DNA from: Bacteroidota bacterium
GTDB taxonomy: Bacteria; Bacteroidota; Bacteroidia; JABEUT01
Assembly (NCBI GenBank): GCA_013289475.1
Contig: JABCZW010000005.1
Span: 18,081 to 82,080 of the forward strand
Direction: 5' to 3'
DNA: 64,000 nt
Below are positions 47,201 through 57,400 of this stretch, one piece after another. Position 1 is the first letter of the stretch, and every line of letters starts with the position of its first letter. The notes beneath the pieces were generated by a model that was given only the letters and a program-made list of their open reading frames with translations, had not been told where the DNA came from and did no database searches. The translations under genes and the position numbers were made by a program.

Positions 47201-48812
47201 CACTCATTAAAATATTTAACTGGCTTGGAGTCCAGCCATAATTGTATACTAAATCAGATGATGCAGATATAGCCATATAAGCAGGGCTTCCCGCAGGGTC
47301 AACCACTAAACGGTCAACGTCCCAATATGCTTGCGGTGTACCTAATGGGTTAACAGGTACAATAGCCGACATATTAGTGTCTAACATGGCAGCCTGGCCA
47401 CTGGGAGCATTTGTTCCGCCACCGCCAATAACCACCTGGCCGGTACACCTGTTATAACAGGCTCTCCACATTTCACGCATGCTATTACTGCCGGGGAAAG
47501 TAGCCATCAACGTATTGTTACTTACTTTCAACGCTTTGGCACCAATACCTACATAATAGTTACCCTCGGTAATATAACATGTGCCTGTAGCCTTATCTGT
47601 TGCAAAGTCGCCATAATAAAAAGGGTCAAAAGTTGCTGAGTTTGTTGTGTATGTCCACTGCCACGTTCCCGAACTGTTGAACTTTGAAAGCTGAAAAGGA
47701 TTATATCCGCCATATACATATACATTACCTTTATTATCAAAATCACAATCATAAGCAGCATCATATCCGCCTGCGGTTAATAAAGGGTCAACGCTGAATG
47801 TAGGATCAATTACTAATGTCTTGGTATTATCATAAGACTTAGGAAATGTAAAAGATTCTTCATTGCCATTTATTGTGGCATTCACTTCAACTTTGCCATT
47901 ATTATCCTGGTAAAAACCTATAGGCGCAGTTTCTCTGAAAGTGCCCATTTTTTCTGTGTTTACATGTAAAATGGAACTATCGCCAATACTCAAATCCTTC
48001 AGGCCATCATATACTATTTTAAGCTTTGAAATATCAGCACCTGGATGAGCAATTACCGTATATTCTATAGCTATTTTATCTTTAGGTATAGTATACTCTA
48101 TGTCAATTCCGGGGTAAATATCATGGTAAACAAGCTTACCATAAGTATTGGCTTTTATAGAGATATTGTTTTTTATTGTATAGCCATACTGCCCTATGTT
48201 TGGGTTTTCTGCAGTAATTGTTGCATTAGGATTGCATCCGGCCCAGGTTACATTTAAACAATGCAGAGTATGCTTAATATCTTTTGCCTTATCATCCTCG
48301 TCTTCCTTACCTTTTCCCTTTTCAGGCATCATAACCTCATCAAAGGTGTACACAATACCACTTTGAGTGAAATATGTTTTTACGCCGCTAAGTAATGCCT
48401 GGTATAATATTTTTTTACTACCCTTTATATTTCCATCAAATTGTCCCTGGTTTTCAATAAATACCTTTTGATCAAAAGGATTAGCCCCCCACTTTTTTGA
48501 TAAATGAGGTACGCCATCACCCTGACCTTGGGTTCCGCCCTGACCTTGCTTATTATTTTTTGTCCAATCAGGCTCCGATGAAACCGTACCTTTTACAGTG
48601 TTTTCATTCTGCTTTACCTCATTTGCAGGTGTAGTAATTTGCTGGTTTGAAGAACCTTGCGCAGATTTATACGCAGGGGCAAAAGTAGCTTTGGTCTGGC
48701 CGTTCACATGTGGTGCAAAGAACGTAACTACTACAATAAGGAGAGAATAAATAACCAATGTAAGGTTAAATGACTTCCTATAAAAAAAGAGTGCAGGGTA
48801 CTTTTTTTTCAT
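41217..48812 (-). CDS. Giant surface protein B: FIENQGQ (SBBP-associated, DUF7948-like) plus propeller head, SprB repeat, eight SNSPIC Ig repeats, further Ig repeats, PKD, type-B CTD
   Basis: FIENQGQFD, YHDIYPGID, YDNTKTLVIDP; SprB-like TTCGLSNGSATA...YSWSPGG...GLAAGTYTVT; CTD PNVFTPNNDGQND...VQLIRN. Confidence 0.9.
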   Translation of the reverse strand: MKKKYPALFFYRKSFNLTLVIYSLLIVVVTFFAPHVNGQTKATFAPAYKSAQGSSNQQITTPANEVKQNENTVKGTVSSEPDWTKNNKQGQGGTQGQGDGVPHLSKKWGANPFDQKVFIENQGQFDGNIKGSKKILYQALLSGVKTYFTQSGIVYTFDEVMMPEKGKGKEDEDDKAKDIKHTLHCLNVTWAGCNPNATITAENPNIGQYGYTIKNNISIKANTYGKLVYHDIYPGIDIEYTIPKDKIAIEYTVIAHPGADISKLKIVYDGLKDLSIGDSSILHVNTEKMGTFRETAPIGFYQDNNGKVEVNATINGNEESFTFPKSYDNTKTLVIDPTFSVDPLLTAGGYDAAYDCDFDNKGNVYVYGGYNPFQLSKFNSSGTWQWTYTTNSATFDPFYYGDFATDKATGTCYITEGNYYVGIGAKALKVSNNTLMATFPGSNSMREMWRACYNRCTGQVVIGGGGTNAPSGQAAMLDTNMSAIVPVNPLGTPQAYWDVDRLVVDPAGSPAYMAISASSDLVYNYGWTPSQLNILMSVPVPALNPASYINQPSQNSGGGYDNLFEVNSILYMGPGVYGGSATTNGMNGMAATSSWLYMYDGYRLTRHAKASGAYNSSVLVSGYNSNYFGAGETDVYWGGLDADACDNLYVGSGTNILVYNTSLAYTGTSFGMPNNIYDIVLGANDAVIFSCGNGFVEAINNTNITVNASTVVSPTTCGLSNGSATANLTICGSAPGGVSYSWSPGGQATQTATGLAAGTYTVTMSFGCGESFTATAVIGASSPPVAPSLGSNSPICAGQTLNLTSSSAGATSYNWTGPNAFSSGAQNPSIAGATTAASGTYTCTASAAGCTSGPSTISVTVNASPATPTLGSNSPICAGSTLNLTASSAGATSYSWTGPNAFASGSQNPSIVGATTAASGTYSCTATGPGGCTSTIATIAVTVNAIPAAPTLGSNSPICAGATLNLTATSAGATGYTWTGPNAFASGVQNPSIIGATTAASGTYSVTATKAGCTSPQATITVVVNPVPPAPTVGSNSPICAGATLNLTATSAGATGYSWTGPNAFASGVQNPSIVGATTAASGTYTVTASAAGCTSSQATIAVVVNATPPAPTLGSNSPICAGSTLNLTATSAGATSYSWTGPNAFVSGSQNPSIAGATTAATGTYTCTATGPGGCTSAIATIAITVNAIPAAPTTGSNSPICAGATLNLTATSAGATGYSWTGPNAFASGVQNPSIVGATTAASGTYTVTANKAGCTSPQATITVVVNPVPPAPTLGSNSPICAGSTLNLTATSAGATGYSWTGPNAFVSAAQNPSIPGATTAASGTYTCTATGPGGCSSAIATIVVTVNPIPAAPTTGSNSPICAGSTLNLTATSAGATSYSWTGPNAFVSAVQNPSIAGATTAASGTYTVTAKAAGCTSPVGTITVVVNPIPTLTVSPASPTICPGGNVNLTGSGASTYTWSPATNLSATTGAVVNASPGSTTTYTVTGTSAGCPSAPVSVVVNVAASLAVTINPITPSICTGGAGVTLNGNGAATYTWKASAGLSCTNCASTIANPLTTTTYTVYGASGGCSDSAKVTVTVNPTPTVNINITGISAAICPGDSLGLIGSGASTYAWTPATGVACTSCATTNVSPAVTTTYTLTGTNAGGCSSTATQVVTVYPKPVISVSLTKPTICAGDTVYLNASGGASYTWAPGTGLNTTVGASVIANPSTTATYTVSAKGVGGCPAKDSVIITVLPKPVVTVTPPTPAVCKGDSIALTANGAANYVWSPSTGLTVTTGNITTAFPGSTSTYTVIGTSAGGCNDTITTIVKVNPLPVISVNPPTPAICKSDSVTLTAFGATTYVWSPSIGLNTTVGTSVNASPGSTSTYTVTGTDGNGCTSSGSVAISVGTLTVTANASSSTICSGTSSTLTASGAVTYTWKPGTGLSATTGTSVTANPVTSITYTVIGSSGGGCSDSNTVAITVNATPTLSVMAGSPTICFGASGTTITASGATTYSWSPGTGLSSTTDSIVNANAGSTQTYTVTGTSSLGCPSSSTVTIAVDQPKVTASASSPSICFGSTGTSINASGASNYIWTPAVGLSATTGSSVTANPDSSLSYKVVGVDALGCADSANVAITVNSLPVITVSANDTSLCTGNSAIITAGGANNYTWLPVTGLVPSTGAVVTATPSGTVTYTVTGTSAAGCSSSAPITITVNSSPVISILLSGGSVLCPGQSVTMTASGAAVYTWSPSTGLSTTTGASVSATPPTSPMTYKVVGVNGACSDSATQTLTLYPALTATSSTDTICASRNTTVSVTASGGNPGYTYAWTPPVGTGSGPYVVNPGTTTTYSCIVTDGCGSTATGSALVYTKPSPKSIFFPTPDTIAGGQYVSFVDSSTNATSWYWTFGDGGNSTTVYPLYQYLATGKYLVTLVTSNGFGCWDTASDTVYVTEGIFIPNVFTPNNDGQNDVFHVKAGGMKEYHIEIFNRWGEKVFQADSPEIDWDGRSMTGVQESDGDYYYIIRASDYKGKPFNQNGYVQLIRN
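44515..46465 (-). repeat. Eight tandem 243/246-bp intragenic repeats (GSNSPICAG..LNLT...WTGPNAF...)
   Basis: Counted in the translation; boundaries approximate. Confidence 0.85.
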
Positions 48813-48846
48813 TCTGTCGACGAAATTTAGTGCCTAATTTATACAT

Positions 48847-48872
48847 TTATACGACATAAATGCATTTAGGTT
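48847..48872 (-). promoter_or_regulatory. Putative ECF-sigma promoter for giant protein B
   Basis: Minus strand reads AAC-N16-CGTATAA. Confidence 0.5.
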
Positions 48873-48922
48873 ATATAAAGTTATGCATATTTGATTGTAC
48901 AGCTAAACCGAAAAATCGAAAT

Positions 48923-48959
48923 AAAAGCACGAAAACCCTATATTCCTATAGGGTTTTCG
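48923..48959 (-). terminator. Hairpin/terminator after giant protein C
   Basis: Perfect 13-bp stem CGAAAACCCTATA / TATAGGGTTTTCG with a 4-nt loop. Confidence 0.75.
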
Positions 48960-48979
48960 GTTGATCATCAACTTATAAT

Positions 48980-51900
48980 CTAATTTCTGATTAATTGTAA
49001 ATATCCCTGGAAATTATACTCTTTCGCAGTATAATCTGTTGCCTTTATAATGTAATAGTATATTCCGTCCGACTCATCAATACCTGCCGAACTTCTTCCA
49101 TCCCAATCAATATTTGCCGAATTAGCCATAAATAACCTCTCTCCCCAACGGTTAAATATCTCTATATAATATGTTTTCATACCCCCCATAGTTACGTGAA
49201 ATACATCATTTACACCGTCATTATTCGGGGTAAACACGTTGGGTATGAATATGGTTTGCAATACATATACTGTATCCGATACAGAGTCTTTGCAGCCACC
49301 GTTAGAAGCAGTAAGCGTAACTATATAACTGCCAGGTGAAACATACTGGTAATAAGGATTAGGATCTGTAGAAGTACCTTCATTGCCAAATGTCCAATAG
49401 TAATTGGTTGTACCTGTACTCTTATTGACAAATGAAACATATTGCCCTGCCTGTATAGTATCGGGGGTAGGAACAAATGATGCTTTAGGTGTAGGGAATG
49501 TATATACCATAGCTGAATCTTTATTTACATCACCACAACCATCGGTTACAGTACATTCATAATACGTGCTGCCGGCAGGAGTTACTGAAATACTGGTTGT
49601 TCCAATGGTTCCATTCCAACTATAAACATAGCCGGGTTTACCACCACTTGCATTTACAGTTACAGCGGCATTATTTCCAATACATATTGAATCTCCGCGC
49701 ATGGTCATTACAAATGGCGGATAAACAAATACAGATTGGCTCGCAGCGCCGGCACATACTCCGTTGCTGTCCACCACACTATATACTGTAGTGCCCGATG
49801 GACTAACCGTTATACTGCTTGTAGTTGCACCATTGCTCCACAGGTAACTACCCGCAACACCATTTGCAGTAAGCGTTATACTTTGCCCCTGGCAAATACT
49901 GTCGCTTCCCGATGAACTTATAGTTACAGTTGGTGTAGTATTTACGGTAATGGTTATCATGGCACTGTCAGAGCAACCGCCTGCATTGCTTCCATATACT
50001 GTATAAGTTAATGTAGTACCCGGAGTTGCCGTAACCGTTGCACCTGTGGTGGCACTCAAGCCTGTACCCGGATTCCAGGTATAACTTGTCGCACCCGTAG
50101 CAGTAAGTGTAGTAGAATTACCTGCACAAATAGAGGGCTGCCCTGCATTTACATTAATAGTTGGCATTGAGTCGACAGTTATGGTAACATTAGCTGAATC
50201 GGCACATGAGCCGCTTGAACCCACTACTTTATATGTTGTAGTAACTGTAGGTGTTGCTATTGGATTAGGACATGTAGCACAGCTCAGGCCTGTTGCCGGA
50301 GTCCATGTAAAGCTTGCAGCGCCATTAGCGCTCAGGCTCACACTTCCACCTGTACATAATATTGGGGCCGATGGTGTTACTGTAACATTTAGTGAACTTG
50401 AAACAGTTATTACCACTGATTGTGTATCGCTGCAGCCGCCGGCTGTTCCGGTTACGGTATAAGTTGTTGTAACGGTTGGCGTTGCATTTACCGATGCACC
50501 CGTGGTGGCGCTTAGTCCAGTTCCCGGTGACCATGTATATGTTGTACCTCCGCTGGCAATAAGGGTTACATTACCACCCGCGCATATTGCAGGTGAAGCA
50601 GGAGCCACACTAACCACAGGGTTTGCGGTAACTGTGATAACTGCTTTGGCACTATCAGGACATCCGCTCGCATTTTTCCCTGTTACCGTATAGGTTGTGG
50701 TAACCGTTGGTGTAGCAGTTACCGATGCACCCGTTGTAGCGCTTAAGCCCGTTGCAGGTGACCATGTATAACTTACGCCACCACTGGCATTAATTACTGT
50801 CGAGTTTCCTGTGCAAATATTAGGTGTTACCGGAACCACTGTTACTGTAGGTGTCGGATAGATAGTTATTACCTGTGTTGCAGTTCCAATACAACCGCCT
50901 GCTGTTGTGCCTGTAACCGTATAGGTTGTTGTTACAGCCGGTTGGGATATTACATAGGCACCCGTGGAAGTATTTAAACCTGCCGCAGGAGACCAGGTAT
51001 ATGTTCCGCCTGCTCCTGCCCCGTTCGCTATCATACCTACTGTATCGCTTGCGCATACGGCGGGAGAAATTCCGGTAATGTTAATAGTAATAACAGGTGG
51101 CGGAGAAACGGTAACTGTCGCCATTGCTGAATCTTTACAACCGTTGCCGTTGGTTCCTATTACTGTGTATGTTGTAGTTGAGCCGGGCGTTGCTGTTACA
51201 TTTGTTCCGGTTGAAGAACTTAGGCTGCCAGCAGGCGACCATGTGTAGCTTACTCCCCCACCTCCTGTTAATATTACATTTCCGCCTGGGCAGATTGTTG
51301 GCGCCGGAGGATTTGCTGTTATTACAGGCAAGGCATTTACTTTAATAACTACTGTGGCAGAATCAGAACATGCTCCACTGCTTCCTACAACAGTATATGT
51401 TGTTGCTACCGATGGGTTAGCCCAGGGATTGGAGCAACTAACGCAACTGAGTCCGCCTGCGGGTTTCCATGTGTAGGTTGCCGCACCGCCTGCCAATAGT
51501 TGTACACTATCGCCTTTACATATAGCAGGATTGAGCGGGCTAATAGTTACAGCCAATGCGCCGGATACTTTAACAACCACCGTAGTCGGAGCACCCGGGC
51601 ATCCTCCTGAAGTTCCCGTTACCGTGTACGTTGTTGTACTTCCCGGGCTCACATTTATGCTTGAAGTAGTTGCACCTGTATTCCATGAATATGTTGTGGC
51701 ACCACTGGCTGTGAGAGTTACATTACCACCCGGGCAAATGGTAGGATTTGCAGGGCTTACGGTCACTGTCGGAATTGGCTTTATGGTAACACTTACCGTT
51801 TGTGTTGCTGTACAGCCTGCAGCCGAAGTACCGGTTACCGTATATGTTTGTGAAGTTCCGGGGTTAGCGGTTACACTTGTACCTATTGTGGCACTGAGGC

Positions 51901-54139
51901 CTGTATTCGGCGCCCATGTATATGTGCTTGCTCCGCCGGCATTTAATGTGCTGCTACCACCGGGGCATATAGCTGGCGGAGTTGCAGACGCGGTTACTAC
52001 CGGTGGCGGTGTAATTGTAATAGCAACTGTTTGTGTATTAGAACAACCACCTGCAGTTGTGCCTGTAACCGTATATGTTTGTGAAGATGCGGGGTTTGCA
52101 GTAACAGTAGCACCGGTAGTGGCACTTAATCCGGTCGAAGGGCTCCAGGTATATGTGCCTCCTCCTCCCGCGCCACTGGCTGTGAGGTTAACAGTACCAC
52201 CATTACAAAATGTTGTTGCACCTGATGGTGTAATTATAATAGTTGGAGGCGGAGTAATTGTTACAACAATACTGGCAGTTGCAGGTAAACAGGCACCTGC
52301 CGCAGTACCGGTTACTGTATATGTTGTTGTAGATGGAGGGCTTGCCACAACAGATGCACCGGTGGTAGCACTCAAGCCTGTTGCGGGAGACCAGGTAAAT
52401 GTAGTTGCAGTACCAGAAGCATTTAATGTTACGTTTCCTCCGGCACAAAAAGTTGTTGAACCACTTGCACCTACTGATACAGTTGGTGCACTTCCGTAAC
52501 CGGACGCAGTAACTGAAGGCGATATGTTTGACATGGTTGGAGTCAAGACCTGAACAACCGTTTTAAGAGAATATCCTCCACCGGCCGAACCCACACGTGT
52601 TACAAGATTATTGGGAGCAGTTGTATAATTGTTTCCGGGTACCCAGGTTCTTTCCTGAAGATGGTTAACACCAAATCCCGGTGTTACATCGGTTACAGTT
52701 ATGGTAGGTTTTACGCTGCATAATCCTCCGTTCGAAGCTCCTGAACTGAATTTAGCCACCATTAACCCATAATTACCACCTGCACCTAAAGAAGCGTTCC
52801 CAAGTAATAAATATGAATCAGAACTTAACTCTGCCACACCCGGGCCATACCATGCACTGTTATCAGTTCCGTCAAGGCCCGAAGTACCTATTTGCATATC
52901 ATTAACAACAGCACCGCTGATTGGGTTAACTTCCATTGATATTAGATCGGTTGAGCCATACCCGGCTGGGTCCTGTGTCCAAGCACCCACCAGCACATTT
53001 CCATTAGAAAGTGTAGTAATAGTACGTGCGGCAAACCCACTGCTTCCTGCAATAGTATATTCTTTAGCATAGCTTACAAAACCTGTAGTGCCTATCCTCA
53101 CTATTAATACTCCACCATTATCCTGTGCCAAACCTGCAACCATAAAATCTCCAGAACCATCATTTAACTGGGTAATACTATGTCCGGCTTCCCATGCGGT
53201 AGTTGTACTGGGGTTTCCTGTGCCCATGTAAAAAGTCTTTGCCCATTGCGGGTTTCCAAGGGTGTCGGTTTTCATAATGAACATCTGCACACGCCATACA
53301 CCACCGCCCGGGCTATATTGATCTACTGTAAGGCCGGTAATATATAAACCATTTGTAGCTTTATCGTACCAAAAATCTTCCGGTGCATCATTACGTGTTG
53401 AATCAGCACTTACAATATTGAAAAAGTTATATGCTAATCCGATAGTCTTTGTAAATACAGTATCATTTGGTGCGCCTGTATTTATTTTGGCAATAAAAAT
53501 ATCACCTGAAGGCGTGTATCCTCCCGTACCTCCGCCCACCTGGTATCCTCCGTCAAAAGTAGCAGGGCTTCCACCCGCTTCTGAAAGAGTACCCATATAA
53601 TAATAATTCCCACCGGGTGTAGATTTAGCCACATTACCAACCGACCATGCCCCATCGCCAAAAGCAGTTTCCGAAGTAAAATCTAATGAAAGAACAGGAT
53701 TTCCTGTACTATCTATTTTGGTAAAATTACCCCATTGGCCAAATGTTACAGGGTTTGCATTCTGGTCAAGGCCCCCGATAACCATATCGGTTGGAACACT
53801 TCCGTATGTATCAGGCCAAATGCTGTATGGCTCATTACCGTTACCGGGATTAACAAAGTTTACCTGGTGTGCCCAGTTAAGTTTTCCGTTAGTATCGGTT
53901 TTAAAAATCACATAATCAACCGGAGCAGAACCACCGGCCCATACATCGCCAATACCATAAATGTGCCCTCCATTAACCACATTTGAATTGGCACGGTTAC
54001 AATTAACACTGAATTGCGAACCTGCGCCGGGCAGATAATACTGATCGAGGTAATACTGCGCCATTACAGACTTGCCTGCAAATAGTAATAAGGAAATAAA
54101 AATTATTAACCTGGTTTTCATTTTGCCGTTCTCTTTCAT
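48980..54139 (-). CDS. Giant surface protein C: beta-propeller head, Ig repeat stalk, PKD, type-B CTD
   Basis: Blade motifs KTDTNGKLNWA, KIDSTGNPV and KTDTLGNPQWAKT; stalk repeats; CTD PNVFTPNNDGVND...LQLIRN. Start may be the second Met at 54121. Confidence 0.9.
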   Translation of the reverse strand: MKENGKMKTRLIIFISLLLFAGKSVMAQYYLDQYYLPGAGSQFSVNCNRANSNVVNGGHIYGIGDVWAGGSAPVDYVIFKTDTNGKLNWAHQVNFVNPGNGNEPYSIWPDTYGSVPTDMVIGGLDQNANPVTFGQWGNFTKIDSTGNPVLSLDFTSETAFGDGAWSVGNVAKSTPGGNYYYMGTLSEAGGSPATFDGGYQVGGGTGGYTPSGDIFIAKINTGAPNDTVFTKTIGLAYNFFNIVSADSTRNDAPEDFWYDKATNGLYITGLTVDQYSPGGGVWRVQMFIMKTDTLGNPQWAKTFYMGTGNPSTTTAWEAGHSITQLNDGSGDFMVAGLAQDNGGVLIVRIGTTGFVSYAKEYTIAGSSGFAARTITTLSNGNVLVGAWTQDPAGYGSTDLISMEVNPISGAVVNDMQIGTSGLDGTDNSAWYGPGVAELSSDSYLLLGNASLGAGGNYGLMVAKFSSGASNGGLCSVKPTITVTDVTPGFGVNHLQERTWVPGNNYTTAPNNLVTRVGSAGGGYSLKTVVQVLTPTMSNISPSVTASGYGSAPTVSVGASGSTTFCAGGNVTLNASGTATTFTWSPATGLSATTGASVVASPPSTTTYTVTGTAAGACLPATASIVVTITPPPTIIITPSGATTFCNGGTVNLTASGAGGGGTYTWSPSTGLSATTGATVTANPASSQTYTVTGTTAGGCSNTQTVAITITPPPVVTASATPPAICPGGSSTLNAGGASTYTWAPNTGLSATIGTSVTANPGTSQTYTVTGTSAAGCTATQTVSVTIKPIPTVTVSPANPTICPGGNVTLTASGATTYSWNTGATTSSINVSPGSTTTYTVTGTSGGCPGAPTTVVVKVSGALAVTISPLNPAICKGDSVQLLAGGAATYTWKPAGGLSCVSCSNPWANPSVATTYTVVGSSGACSDSATVVIKVNALPVITANPPAPTICPGGNVILTGGGGVSYTWSPAGSLSSSTGTNVTATPGSTTTYTVIGTNGNGCKDSAMATVTVSPPPVITINITGISPAVCASDTVGMIANGAGAGGTYTWSPAAGLNTSTGAYVISQPAVTTTYTVTGTTAGGCIGTATQVITIYPTPTVTVVPVTPNICTGNSTVINASGGVSYTWSPATGLSATTGASVTATPTVTTTYTVTGKNASGCPDSAKAVITVTANPVVSVAPASPAICAGGNVTLIASGGTTYTWSPGTGLSATTGASVNATPTVTTTYTVTGTAGGCSDTQSVVITVSSSLNVTVTPSAPILCTGGSVSLSANGAASFTWTPATGLSCATCPNPIATPTVTTTYKVVGSSGSCADSANVTITVDSMPTINVNAGQPSICAGNSTTLTATGATSYTWNPGTGLSATTGATVTATPGTTLTYTVYGSNAGGCSDSAMITITVNTTPTVTISSSGSDSICQGQSITLTANGVAGSYLWSNGATTSSITVSPSGTTVYSVVDSNGVCAGAASQSVFVYPPFVMTMRGDSICIGNNAAVTVNASGGKPGYVYSWNGTIGTTSISVTPAGSTYYECTVTDGCGDVNKDSAMVYTFPTPKASFVPTPDTIQAGQYVSFVNKSTGTTNYYWTFGNEGTSTDPNPYYQYVSPGSYIVTLTASNGGCKDSVSDTVYVLQTIFIPNVFTPNNDGVNDVFHVTMGGMKTYYIEIFNRWGERLFMANSANIDWDGRSSAGIDESDGIYYYIIKATDYTAKEYNFQGYLQLIRN

Positions 54140-54191
54140 AGTAGTTTTAATTACTCTAACGAATTCGAATTACGGCTCTCAGCTTTTATGA

Positions 54192-54218
54192 ATAAACGCA
54201 CCAGGTGTGGCATTCATT
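54192..54218 (-). promoter_or_regulatory. Weaker match to the ECF-like promoter motif for giant protein C
   Basis: Minus strand reads AAT-N17-CGTTTAT; a TACCTTTG -7 motif also lies at 54322-54329. Confidence 0.3.
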
Positions 54219-54473
54219 CAATAGATATTTTGTTTTATACTTTATTTATTCATTTAAATAAGTTTAACAAAGAACCCGCCAGAGAGTATCGTTTTTCTCA
54301 ATCTATAAGTTGTAGCTGTATCAAAGGTAAGTATTTTCATTAAACATACAAAGCTTTTTCTGTTATTTTTTTCAACGGCTGTTTAAAAGATAAATGCATT
54401 TATTCTACATAGAAAACAGCATAATAATAATCACTTATTAAGAAGCTTTTTCTAAAAGAATAAGTCTGCTTTA

Positions 54474-57400
54474 TCAATTCCTTATAAGCTGAATAGCGCC
54501 CTGGAAATTATAGGTTTTACCAGTGAAATCGGTAGCTTTTATAATGTAATAATACGTTCCATCTGATTCGGCAACACCCGTCATACTTCTTCCATCCCAA
54601 TCAATTTGAGGAGAGTCTGCAATAAATAGTTTTTCGCCCCAGCGGTTAAATATTTCAATATTATATGTTTTCATGCCGCCGATAGTTACATGGAATACAT
54701 CATTATTTCCGTCATTATTAGGCGTAAATACGTTTGGTATAAAAATATTCTGGGTTACAAACACTGTGTCTGATGCTGAATCGCGGCAACCACCGTTAGA
54801 TGCTGTAAGTGTTACCACATAAGCCCCGGGAGTATTGTATTCATAATATGGTATCCTGGCAGTATCTGTGCCCCCGTCTCCAAATGTCCAGAAATAATTA
54901 GTTGTGCCTGTACTTGTATTTATAAAGCCTACAAACTGGCCCGCCTGAACAGTATCGGGTGAAGGCATGAACGAAACCTTAGGTGTAGGATAAGTAAACA
55001 CCATAGCAGAATCGCTAGTTACATCGCCGCAACCATCAGTTACCGTGCAAGCATAATAAGGGTTAACCGATGAAGTAGTAACCATTTTAGGGCCGGGGCC
55101 TGTTCCTAGTCCACTACCCCATACATAATTATAACCGGGTTTACCACCTGTAGCATTAACACTTATTACCGCCTGGCCTCCTACACACACCGAATCAGCT
55201 TTCATGCTTACTACAAACGGAGGATATACAAATACAGATTGTGTTGCACTATCAGCACAAGAACCATTGCTTTCCGTTACACTATATGTTCCGGTGCCTG
55301 AAGGAGAGATGGTTATACTGCTGGTTGAAGCTCCGTTACTCCACAAATAACTTCCCGCACCACCTGTCGCCGTAAGTGTTATACTTTGACCGGTACAAAT
55401 ACTATCGCTGCCCGATGACGTAATGGTAACTGTAGGGGTAATGTTTACCGCAATGCTCACCATAGCGCTGTCAGCGCATCCACCGGCTGTGCTGCCATAT
55501 ACAGTATATGTAGTACCTACCAAAGGTGTCGCTGTTATACTCGCACCGGTAGAGGGATTTAAGCTTGTTGCAGGCACCCATGTATAATTGGTTGCTCCAC
55601 CTGCATTTAATATAGTTGAAGAGCCACTGCATATAGAATTGCTTGAAGCAGAAACTGTAACTGTTGGTAAAGGAGTAACTATTATAGCTATCGTAATACT
55701 ATCGGAACAGCTTGCTCCCGAAGTTCCAGTCATAGTATATGTAGTAGTAACAGCCGGGTTAGCTGTTACACTTGCACCTGTTGTTGCACTTAAACCTGTT
55801 GAAGGAGACCATGTGTAATTCACTGCACCTGTTCCGGTAATTATAGTTGAACCACCTGAACATATTGCCGGTGGAGCAGCACTGACACCTACTGTAAGAC
55901 TTCCCACAGTAATTGCAGCAGAAGCCGTTGAATTACAACCGCCATTTATTCCGGTAACCGTATATGTAGTATTAGATACAGGTACGGCTGTAACTGTTGT
56001 GCCTGTTGTTACATTCAAGCCTGTTGAAGGAGACCATGTATAATTGGTGGCTCCGCTCGCATTTAATTTAACGGAATCGCCATTGCAAATACCGGCTGTA
56101 GGCGGAGTAACAATAACGGTTGGAGTTGGTGTAACTGTAATAACAATACTATCGGTCGCTGTGCATCCGCTGGCCGATCTACCGGTAACAGTATATGTAA
56201 TAGTTGAGCCCGGTTTTGCAGTAATATTTGCTCCGGTTGTTGCACTTAATCCTGTTGACGGGCTCCATGTATATACACTTGCACCACCCGCACTGAGTGT
56301 AACACTGTCGGCAGAACACATAGTTGTTGCAGACGGAGTAATTGTTACCGTCGGTGTTGGATATATTGTTATTATTTGTGTTGCCGTTCCGGTACATCCG
56401 CCCGCATCGGTACCTGTAACGGTATATGTAGTAGTTATTCCAGGGCTTGCAACTACATGCACACCTGTTGTGGCGTTCAGTCCTGTTGCAGGAGACCAGG
56501 TATACGTTGAAGCTCCTGAAGCAATCATTCCAATTGTATCTCCTCCGCAAACGGCCGGTGATATTCCGGTTATGGCAATACTTACCGATGGGCCAGGGCC
56601 AACAGCTACGGTTATGTTTGTCGTATCTGTACATCCGCTTGCATTAATACCTACCACCGTATATGTTTGTGTAGTTGCAAGCGTTGCGTTAACTACTGAA
56701 CCTGTTGTAGCACTTAAACCCGTAGATGGTGACCATGTATAATTTGCTGTACCACTTGCAGTAAGTGTAACATTACCGCCAGCACAAACTGTTGGCGTTG
56801 GAGGAGTAACCGATATAGTTGGTGTCGGGTTAACTGTAATAGTAACCGTTGCCGAATCGGCACAACTGCCGCTCGCACCTAATACTGTATATGTTGTTGT
56901 CGCACCCGGGCCTGCAGCAGGATTGGAACATGTCGTGCAGCTCAGCCCGGTAGCAGGTTTCCAGGAATATGTTGCTGCTCCGTTTGCACTTAATGTTATA
57001 CTGTCACCTTTACATACAGAAGGCGCAGGAGGCGTTACCGTTACATTTAATGACGATGCAACCGTTACTACTACAGTAGCGTTTCCATTACATGCACCTG
57101 TTGTTCCGGTTACCGAATAAGTTGTAGTTGAAACAGGGTTAGCATTTACTGTTGATCCTGTAGTCGCACTCAATGCTGTAGATGGTGTCCATGCATATGA
57201 CGTCGCTCCGGTGGCCGTAAGGTTTACATTTCCACCCGGACAAATAGTTGGTGAACCCGGCGCCACATTTACCGTTGGCGTAGGTGTTACATTAACAACT
57301 GCAGTAGCACTATCCTTACAACCATTTATACTCTTACCCATTACAGAATATGTAACTGTACTTCCGGGCGCAGCCGTTATTGATGCTCCTGTTGTTGCAC

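Noticed and set aside
48781-48809. A8 and T7 runs at the start of giant protein B as a phase-variation switch
   Set aside because: MKKK starts and short homopolymers are routine in AT-rich Bacteroidota genes, and the frame is intact.
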